Shown here one piece after another: positions 31,696-38,902 of a stretch of DNA of 64,000 nt. Made by a program: the position numbers and the translations under genes. The DNA is from Candidatus Yanofskybacteria bacterium (GTDB taxonomy: Bacteria > Patescibacteriota > Minisyncoccia > 2-02-FULL-40-12 > IGHO2-01-FULL-4-A). The stretch lies in contig JACPNJ010000002.1 in the NCBI GenBank assembly GCA_016185545.1, forward strand, positions 51,299 to 115,298, in the 5' to 3' direction. The stretch's first letter is position 1; each line of letters begins with the position of its first letter. Below the pieces are notes generated by a model, which saw only the letters and a program-made list of their open reading frames with translations, was not told the DNA's origin and searched no databases.

Positions 31696-32523
31696 ATGCC
31701 GTTCGAAGCCTATAAAATCTACGAAGAATACGAGCCGGACAAATTTAAAACATCAACCCAGAAAAAGGTTGAGCAGGCTTTAGATACCGCTAAAAAAGAA
31801 GGGCTGGTACCGGAGGGCAAAGAGATTAACATCGAGTTCGACGAGGCAAGAGAGATATTCGGCAAAGATTTTCTAGGTCCGGAAGCTATCAAGACCACAT
31901 ACGGAATAGAACTTACCCCGGATGAATTGCAAGAAATTGAGAATATACCATTTACCAGAGAAGAATTAGAACAAGCCAAACAACTGGGCATGATGTTAGT
32001 TCTTCGAGTGCCAAATATAGGCGAGGGCAAGGAAGCCAAACCTCTAACCATTGATCGAATCCGTGAGAAGTTTTCTGGCGGTGATACTTTTGGCGATCCC
32101 AAGAAAAAGAAGAAGAAAATGTTTTATCGAAGCAAAGGTGATGGGTGGTTTGATAAGGAAAAGTTTGCTCTCGAAGGAACTCCCAAGCTTGGCTGGGGCC
32201 TAGTAATGAAATCTGTCTTGCCTGACTCACTGAGCAAGAATTGGGATCAACAAGAGGAAGTACTAAAAAACTGGGCTAAGCAAAATAATATTGATCCGGC
32301 GTTAGTTAAACGCAGGACTCCTGTAGAAATTGCCTATGATACATTTCTCTACTATGGAGAGAATAAAGAAACTCTCTTAGAAGATAAGTGGGACTGGTCA
32401 GGCGTGCAGTCTTCCGGCGGCTACTTCGTCTTCGTTGGCGGCTTCGACTCGGGCGGTCTCTTCGTCAGCTACGATTCCCGCGACAATGCGGGTTCGAATC
32501 TCGGTGTCTGCCCCTCTCGGTAG
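31696..32523 (+). CDS. cassette paralog P1 (275 aa) with a hypervariable GC-rich C-terminal region
   Basis: first ~110 nt identical in all three paralogs; conserved end LGVCPSR; variable region at 32413..32502. Confidence 0.7.
   Translation: MPFEAYKIYEEYEPDKFKTSTQKKVEQALDTAKKEGLVPEGKEINIEFDEAREIFGKDFLGPEAIKTTYGIELTPDELQEIENIPFTREELEQAKQLGMMLVLRVPNIGEGKEAKPLTIDRIREKFSGGDTFGDPKKKKKKMFYRSKGDGWFDKEKFALEGTPKLGWGLVMKSVLPDSLSKNWDQQEEVLKNWAKQNNIDPALVKRRTPVEIAYDTFLYYGENKETLLEDKWDWSGVQSSGGYFVFVGGFDSGGLFVSYDSRDNAGSNLGVCPSR
32413..32502 (+). other. candidate DGR variable region (VR1)
   Basis: A-depleted, GC-rich 90-nt block; differs from VR2/VR3 only at codon positions 1-2 of NNC/NNT codons. Confidence 0.55.
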
Positions 32524-32590
32524 TTTCGCCTTGGGCGCTTGGATGCCTTGATCCTTATTGATCCCTTGGGGTATTCGAAAAAAAATTTAA
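32503..32590 (+). repeat. conserved post-VR element (IMH-like): ggtgtctgcccctctcggtag tttcgccttggg.gcttggat.ccttgat.cttattg
   Basis: about 80% identical after all three paralogs, including the non-coding part. Confidence 0.5.
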
Positions 32591-32629
32591 GACTGGTAAA
32601 ATCTTTATATAACTTGTAACATTTATTAT

Positions 32630-34315
32630 ATGTCTAACTCAAAAGAATCACTTCCCCCAATGCCAAATATGCCCACTACTCCTGAACGAATCATCGAGGA
32701 GAAGGGCATCGATAAAACAAAGAAGAAGGAAAAACTTTCTCCAGAGCAGCTTGAAGCTAGAGTCCAAGAACTTATGGACTTATCGGCCGCTCGAGCCGAA
32801 GCTTCTAAGCATATTCGTGAGTCTTGGGGCGGTTTGACCAAAAGCGAGCGAGAAGAACTGGCAGAGAAGGGAGATGATGCCACAGCAGCTCAATTCGACG
32901 CACTCAAAGTTGATCCGGAGCTGGCAGAATTTTCTGAAAATGTCCTTGCTGAATACGATAAGCGTATTCAAGAGCTTGGCAGCAACCCCAAGGTCATGGA
33001 GGCCTATAATGAACGCTTTGAAGGAATGAAAGACGCCTTAGCTAAAGTTCTCGAGTACGAACATCTCCATAAAGAGCTTGATGCAATCATCAGCAGTGAA
33101 CAGAAACTTTGTCTGATGTATGAAAAGGTCGGACGTTCGCCTGGGCCGATTGAGCGAACCAAACTGACTGATCTGGTAAAACGTAAAGAAGAATTACAAA
33201 AAGAAATAAACGGTTTTAAATTGGATTCGGCATCGATCAATATGCTTCGACGCCGAGAGGTTCGGGGTATGCAGCGAGATTTGGAGCGTTACAACTTTGC
33301 TGAAACTGAATCCCGCACCGAACTCATACGAGAAGTCTTGCCTGACTTGCTTCATGGCGCACCGATTCTGTTTCAAGGCGAGACTGGCTCTGGTAAAACC
33401 CAGTTGGCTAAATATATTTCTCATAGATTCCTTGGCCATGAAGTTTCGCCGATTTCTATCTCTGAACAAATAAAAGAGTCCCAAATCATGGGTCGGGTCA
33501 CCTTGAAAGAAGGTGCCACCGATTTTTTGTATTCTGAATTAGTCAAAAGCATGAAGGAGGGTCGCCCAGTAATTATGGATGAAATCAATTTAATGCCCCA
33601 TGAATTTCAGGGCATTCTCAACGAGATTTTCCAACTACGAATTGGCAGCACTTGGAAACACCCATCCACTGGCGAATCAATTAAGATTGCTCCCGGTTTT
33701 GTGATCTTTGCTACCGCCAACCTTAAGTCAGAGCGCTACAAACAACGTTACGAACTTGATGTTGCTACTCTTCGTCGTTTCATCGGTGGTGCCGGTGCGC
33801 GTGAAATCCACTACTTAGATTTAGGCAAGAAAAGCAAAGAGGGAGAATATATCGCACCCGAGACTCTTAAGATTCTAGCCTCGGTATTGGCAGATCGAAA
33901 CGGCAATATTACTTGGAGCGAACAAGAATCGCCTCAAAAACTTGATGAGCTAAAGAGATTTGTGGGTGCTTGCCGTAAAATCCAAGAAGACTTTACCTTG
34001 AGCGTCCGAGAAGGTTCTGAAGACTCATTGGCTCGAGGCGACAAGCTGGCTTTCAAAGAACTGGTCATCACCCTCAAGGATCAGATTGAGATTATGAAAG
34101 CATGGAAAGCGTCTGGTTTTGTCGAACCGCTAGAAAGTATTGTTCTGCGAGAATTCTTCAGAAAAGCTGAAATCAGCGGTCGAGCCGCCAAAGACCGAGA
34201 AAATATGGTCAAAGTATTTATGGCCAATAAGTTTTTCCAAGATACTAAACCTGAAGATTTTAATATCCAAGGCCTATCGGCTAAAACAGTTCGCCAATGG
34301 CAAGGAAAAGAATAA
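32630..34315 (+). CDS. MoxR-like AAA+ ATPase with an N-terminal coiled-coil extension
   Basis: Walker A GETGSGKT; Walker B VIMDEIN; sensor FATANL; ATLRRF. Confidence 0.8.
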   Translation: MSNSKESLPPMPNMPTTPERIIEEKGIDKTKKKEKLSPEQLEARVQELMDLSAARAEASKHIRESWGGLTKSEREELAEKGDDATAAQFDALKVDPELAEFSENVLAEYDKRIQELGSNPKVMEAYNERFEGMKDALAKVLEYEHLHKELDAIISSEQKLCLMYEKVGRSPGPIERTKLTDLVKRKEELQKEINGFKLDSASINMLRRREVRGMQRDLERYNFAETESRTELIREVLPDLLHGAPILFQGETGSGKTQLAKYISHRFLGHEVSPISISEQIKESQIMGRVTLKEGATDFLYSELVKSMKEGRPVIMDEINLMPHEFQGILNEIFQLRIGSTWKHPSTGESIKIAPGFVIFATANLKSERYKQRYELDVATLRRFIGGAGAREIHYLDLGKKSKEGEYIAPETLKILASVLADRNGNITWSEQESPQKLDELKRFVGACRKIQEDFTLSVREGSEDSLARGDKLAFKELVITLKDQIEIMKAWKASGFVEPLESIVLREFFRKAEISGRAAKDRENMVKVFMANKFFQDTKPEDFNIQGLSAKTVRQWQGKE

Positions 34316-35134
34316 ATGCCATTTGAAGCCTACAAAATCTACGAAGAATACGAACCGGATAAATTCAAGACCTCAACCCAGAAAAAGGTTGAGCAAGCTC
34401 TCGATACCGCTAAAAAAGAAGGACTAGTTCCGGAGGCAAAAGAGGCCCATGTTGAATTTGAAGAAGCCCAAGAAATATTTGGGCTAGATTTTCTTGGTCC
34501 CGAATCTGTTGGGACAACTTTTGGTGTTGAGTTTTCCCAAGAAGAGCAAAATCAGATAGAAAACATCCCATTTACTCGTGAAGAATTAGAAAAAGCCAAA
34601 GAGCTTGGAATGATGCTGGTTTTGCGAGTGCCACGAGTTGGCAAGGACAAGACTGCTAAGCCCCTTACGATCAAGCAAATGCGAGGTGCATTCAAAGGAG
34701 AAGATAAACTTGGCGATCCTAAAAAGAAAAAATCCCAAATCTTCTTCGATCAGGATTGGTATAACAAGGAAGAATTCGCCACCAAAGACACTCCATCCCT
34801 TGGTTGGGGTCTTGTTACGAAGAAAATACTAGAAGAATCAAGAAGTAAAAACTGGGATCAGCAACAGGAAGTACTTAAAAAGTGGGCAGAAGAAAATGGC
34901 ATTGACCCCACTTCAATTAAACGCCGAACTCCAGTTGAGATAGCTTACGATACACTTCTTTATTATGGCTCGAACAAGGAGTCATTGTTAACAGATACCT
35001 GGGACTGGTCCGGCGTGCAGTCATCCGACGGCGGCTTCGTCGGCGTTGGCTACTTCGACTCGGTCGGTCTCAGCGTCTACGACAATTCCCGCGGCAATGC
35101 GGATTCGGATCTCGGTGTCTGCCCCTCCCGGTAG
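34316..35134 (+). CDS. cassette paralog P2 (272 aa) with a hypervariable C-terminal region
   Basis: start abuts the MoxR stop; same N-terminus and LGVCPSR end as P1 and P3. Confidence 0.7.
   Translation: MPFEAYKIYEEYEPDKFKTSTQKKVEQALDTAKKEGLVPEAKEAHVEFEEAQEIFGLDFLGPESVGTTFGVEFSQEEQNQIENIPFTREELEKAKELGMMLVLRVPRVGKDKTAKPLTIKQMRGAFKGEDKLGDPKKKKSQIFFDQDWYNKEEFATKDTPSLGWGLVTKKILEESRSKNWDQQQEVLKKWAEENGIDPTSIKRRTPVEIAYDTLLYYGSNKESLLTDTWDWSGVQSSDGGFVGVGYFDSVGLSVYDNSRGNADSDLGVCPSR
35034..35123 (+). other. candidate DGR variable region (VR2)
   Basis: see VR1. Confidence 0.55.
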
Positions 35135-35214
35135 TTTCGCCTTGGGAGCTTGGATCCCTTGATTCTTATTGGTTCCATTGGGTATTCGAAAAATTTTTAT
35201 ATAACTACACCTAA

Positions 35215-37209
35215 ATGCCAGAATCATTTCCCATAAATAGAATAGAAACTCCTCAAGACGAACCTAAACCAGAGGTTCCAAAGCAGGAAAGCGAAATTGA
35301 TGCTCAAGCAGTTGAGGAATTTTTAAATAAGGAAACTGAAATACTAGGAGCTTACGGGTTACGAGGTGATATTACACTGGAACGAGGGAATGGCGGTTGG
35401 GCATTTGATTTTCAGAATCGAAAGTTAATTTACGATCCAAAGTTCTTCATAGAACGTGGCTATAGCCTCCAGGAAACTCTCTTTGCCACCACTCACGAAC
35501 TCATGGCTCACTACGGTGAGCTTATGCGTGATCCGGAGCTTGTCTTAAAGGAAGCTAAGAGATATAGCGCAAAAGGTCACCTCCATCTTTTATACAATAT
35601 CTTTGAAGATGTGTTGGGCAACAGACGTATTGTTGCCGAATTGCCGTTCTTAGAAGAAACTCGCGAATCGCTTTATCGAGAAAAGATGTTTCCACCGACT
35701 GACTACACTGATAAATCTTCTCATGTTCAGTTTACTTATGGTTTTATTCGCCAGATGATGGTGCCTGGAGAGGCAGTACAACTTGGGCCGGAGGCGCAGG
35801 CCGCTTTGGATAAGCTGAGAAGCTTTGGTTCAGATAAAATAGATATCCTTGATCTAGTTACTACACCAACCATTGACCCCAAAGATCGCTTTCAAATAAT
35901 GCGAACAATTGTTGAACCTATTTACCGAGAACTCTATGAAAAGGATTTAGAAGAAGAAAAGAAAAGCGGCAAAAGCAAGGATCAGGGCGAAGGGTCACCC
36001 ACGGATACTCAAGTTTCTGATAAACCTCAACAAGGCCAAGGTTCTGGCCAAGATAAGAAAAAATGGTGGCAAAGAAAAAAGGAAACACCCCAAGAAGGAA
36101 AAGGTAAAGAGGAACAACCTGGCAAAGGTGGGGATAAAAAATCCAGTGAACGAGCCGCTAGAGAAGCGGCTGAAAAGAAATTTAAGAAAGAATATAAAAC
36201 CTATCACGACGGTCATCCGGAACCCATAACTCATGCCGAAGAAAAGGAGATCAAGAAGTTGATGGAAGAAATAGTTGCTAAAAAGGGCGGACAACCTACT
36301 CTAGAGCAAAATATTCTTGAGGAATGGGCTCGTGAGCATGGAGTCAGCGCCGAGGATGTTCTTGGCTATCGCAAAGAGTATGAAGAGATCGCTCCCCTAG
36401 TAGCTGAGCTAAGGGAAGTTTTTAAGAAGATCATTGCCAGGAGATTAAAAGAACGATGGCAGTTTTCGCCTCAGCTCAAAACAGAAGGCGAAGAACTAGC
36501 CGAAGATACGCTAGTCGACTCTTCAATTGAATCTCGAGCCGGAGGCCAGCCAAGGGCATTTAGAGAGATTGAGAGACATAAACGAGAGCAGGAGGGCTAC
36601 GGCATGCTTGATATGTCTTTGGTTAATGATTTATCCGGTTCTATGAATGACGGGGATGGCAGTAAGCTTGAGATGGACCGCAAGAGCAAACTCCTATTCT
36701 TGGAATCTCTGGCCGATTTTCAAAAAGAAATAGAAGAAGCCGAATTTGAAAGTGGTGTTTCGTTGGGTCTTCAAGTTAGAACCGAAACCAGAGCTTTTGG
36801 CGATTTTGGAGATGTAGAATTAAAGTCGTTATCACCTGATCTTTCTGAAAAAGATAGAATTGGGATTTGGAAAAAAATGCATAAAGCTGGTGGCGGTACG
36901 CCGGATTATCTTTCTCTTGAAGAAGTTTTAAACTCAATTACTCCTGAACAAGAAAAGGAGTTAAGAGAGAAATTAAGAAGAAAAGTTATCGTCGTACTTT
37001 CTGATGGTGAAAGCCAAGATTCAGGGAAAGTTCAGGCTGTTTTACTCCAGTTAAGGAATAAGGGGGTTATTTGTTTAGGATTGGGCATGACTGAATCAGG
37101 TCAAGCTGTTAAAGAAACATATAAACCGGATGCCGAAGTAATAACAGATATCAAGGCGTTGCCTCAAGCGGTTCAAAAAGTTATTCTAAAATATACCCAA
37201 GATTTGTAA
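35215..37209 (+). CDS. zincin-like (HExxH) + low-complexity linker + von Willebrand factor A domain protein
   Basis: HELMAH motif near residue 95; Lys/Glu/Gly-rich linker; MIDAS DxSGS (DLSGSMND) and VVLSDGES. Confidence 0.75.
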   Translation: MPESFPINRIETPQDEPKPEVPKQESEIDAQAVEEFLNKETEILGAYGLRGDITLERGNGGWAFDFQNRKLIYDPKFFIERGYSLQETLFATTHELMAHYGELMRDPELVLKEAKRYSAKGHLHLLYNIFEDVLGNRRIVAELPFLEETRESLYREKMFPPTDYTDKSSHVQFTYGFIRQMMVPGEAVQLGPEAQAALDKLRSFGSDKIDILDLVTTPTIDPKDRFQIMRTIVEPIYRELYEKDLEEEKKSGKSKDQGEGSPTDTQVSDKPQQGQGSGQDKKKWWQRKKETPQEGKGKEEQPGKGGDKKSSERAAREAAEKKFKKEYKTYHDGHPEPITHAEEKEIKKLMEEIVAKKGGQPTLEQNILEEWAREHGVSAEDVLGYRKEYEEIAPLVAELREVFKKIIARRLKERWQFSPQLKTEGEELAEDTLVDSSIESRAGGQPRAFREIERHKREQEGYGMLDMSLVNDLSGSMNDGDGSKLEMDRKSKLLFLESLADFQKEIEEAEFESGVSLGLQVRTETRAFGDFGDVELKSLSPDLSEKDRIGIWKKMHKAGGGTPDYLSLEEVLNSITPEQEKELREKLRRKVIVVLSDGESQDSGKVQAVLLQLRNKGVICLGLGMTESGQAVKETYKPDAEVITDIKALPQAVQKVILKYTQDL

Positions 37210-37210
37210 T

Positions 37211-38038
37211 ATGCCATTTGAAGCCTACAAAATATACGAAGAATACGAACCAGATAAATACAAAACCTCAACCCAGAAAAAGGTTGAGCAGGCCTTGGAT
37301 ACTGCTAAAAAAGAGGGCCTGATACCCGAAGCCAAAGAAGTTAATATCGAATTCGACGAAGCCAAAGAAATATTTGGCAAAGACTTTCTCGGCCCCGAAG
37401 CAATTCAAACTACTTTCGGCGTAGAATTAACACCAGACGAGCTCAAAGAAGTAGAAGACGTTCCCTTTACCAGAGAAGAACTTGAGCAAGCAAAACAACT
37501 CGGCATGATGCTCGTTTTAAGAGTACCTAGACTTGGCGAAGGCAAAACAGAGCGTCCTCTAACAATTGATTCTGCCAGAGAACTATTTACCAAGGGCGAT
37601 TCCTTGGGTGATCCTAAGAAAAAGAAACAAAAAGTATTCTATAGTAAAAAGGGCGAGAGTTGGTACAACAATGAAAAGTTTGTGACCCAAGACACTCCTA
37701 AACTCGGCTGGGGTCTAGTCATGAAATCGGTATTACCAGATTCGCTAAGCAAGAATTGGGACCAGCAGGAAGAAGTTCTCAAGAAGTGGGCAAAGGATAA
37801 TAACATAGACCCTGCCCTAGTTAAAAGAAGAACTCCTGTAGAAATTGCCTACGATACCCTTATATATTACGGCGAGAATAAAGAATCATTGCTAAAGAAT
37901 AGATACGACTGGTCTGGCGTGCAGTCTTCCGGCGGCGACTTCGTCTTCGTTGGCCACTTCGACTCGGACGGTCTCCTCGTCAGCCACGATTCCCGCGGCA
38001 TTGCGCATTCGTATCTCGGTGTCTGCCCCTCTCGGTAG
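37211..38038 (+). CDS. cassette paralog P3 (275 aa) with a hypervariable C-terminal region
   Basis: ATG 2 nt after the vWA stop; same architecture as P1 and P2. Confidence 0.7.
   Translation: MPFEAYKIYEEYEPDKYKTSTQKKVEQALDTAKKEGLIPEAKEVNIEFDEAKEIFGKDFLGPEAIQTTFGVELTPDELKEVEDVPFTREELEQAKQLGMMLVLRVPRLGEGKTERPLTIDSARELFTKGDSLGDPKKKKQKVFYSKKGESWYNNEKFVTQDTPKLGWGLVMKSVLPDSLSKNWDQQEEVLKKWAKDNNIDPALVKRRTPVEIAYDTLIYYGENKESLLKNRYDWSGVQSSGGDFVFVGHFDSDGLLVSHDSRGIAHSYLGVCPSR
37928..38017 (+). other. candidate DGR variable region (VR3)
   Basis: see VR1. Confidence 0.55.
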
Positions 38039-38204
38039 TTTTGTAGGGTGCTTGGGAGCTTGGACCCCTTGATTCTTATTGGTTCTCTTGGGTATTCGAA
38101 AAAATTTTAAGATTCTCTAGTTGGTATCTCATTTTACTAATTAATTGACCTAAGCTAAGGTTGGACGCAATGGTCGTTTTTTGCTATTATTCTCTTAACA
38201 ATTA

Positions 38205-38313
38205 AGCCTAAACCTAGAGATTATTCTATAGGCATGGCACTAAATATACCCACCTGCATTCTGAACCCGTCGTTCAGCTCCATGCAGGTGGTCTATATCC
38301 GAAAGGGTATAGG
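38205..38313 (+). repeat. boundary element R2: nested hairpin CCACCTGCAT[tCTGAACccgtcGTTCAGctc]CATGCAGGTGG, followed by GNRA-tetraloop hairpins
   Basis: imperfect direct repeat of R1; inverted repeats read directly. Confidence 0.45.
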
Positions 38314-38388
38314 AAGGCGAAAGCCTTCGGCTAGCGGCGGGCTTTGAGTTTAAAGAAGCCCCCCGTTGGTTAAGAAATCCACCTGCGT

Positions 38389-38646
38389 ATGAAAAACATT
38401 AAAAAAATTGTTCTTTTCGGTTTTGGAGCATTTGTTCTCCTGGTCGTTGTAATCCTAATAGTTCCTTCTTCTGATAAAAAAGAAGGTGTACAAACAGTAC
38501 AAAATTTACCAAGTGTAAGTCCTAGCGTAAGTGCAAGCCCTGTTGTTAGTAATAAGGCGACTGTAAAAGCAACTCAGAAACCCCAAGCGTCTGGAGAATA
38601 TGCAGTCGTTAAAGTTGTTGACGGTGATACTGTTGATTTAAATTGA
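38389..38646 (+). pseudogene. N-terminal fragment of a secreted thermonuclease (SNase)-like protein
   Basis: signal/TM then YAVVKVVDGDTVDL (SNase N-terminal motif), then a stop after 85 aa; the rest of the domain is absent. Confidence 0.4.
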
Positions 38647-38786
38647 AAAATTCACTGAATTGAGTTATACCTAACTTAATTAAAAACTTGAAATTGTTAA
38701 TGTTCACGCTGGAGCCGCTCGGATTTCTGCCCGCCACCCACGCCGCCTTCGGCGGCGAAATGCGTTCGAGCTAATTCAAGAATACA

Positions 38787-38870
38787 CCGCCAGGTTGAGA
38801 TAGGCTATCACGCCGGAGGAAGATCGAATAAAACGCGCAATTAAAAACGGCTTCAGCCGTTTTTAATTGC
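38787..38870. repeat. boundary motif M2 (ccgccaggttgagataggctatcacgccggagga) plus terminator hairpin gcaattaaaaacggc-ttca-gccgtttttaattgc
   Basis: direct repeat of M1; a GC-rich UUCG-loop hairpin (gccgccttcggcggc) lies just upstream at ~38742. Confidence 0.5.
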
Positions 38871-38902
38871 TAAAAAACCAAAAAAATGATAAAATTTTCC
38901 TC

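Noticed and set aside
32480-32500. gcgggttcgaatctcgg resembling a tRNA T-arm
   Set aside because: The corresponding positions in the other two paralogs are ggattcggatctcgg and gcattcgtatctcgg, so it is variable-region coding sequence, not a tRNA fragment.
31040-38390. Search for a DGR template repeat or reverse transcriptase within the window
   Set aside because: No ORF with RT motifs (YxDD) and no A-rich copy of the VR consensus (for example ttcgtcaac / ttcgactcgaac) was found by eye; the DGR interpretation therefore relies on the VR pattern alone.
38700-38830. GC-rich segment with UUCG hairpin and CCAGG…CGCCGGAGGAAG as possible SRP (4.5S) RNA
   Set aside because: No GGAA-tetraloop-closed helix 8 and no symmetric-loop AGCA motif could be aligned; left as part of the M2 boundary element.
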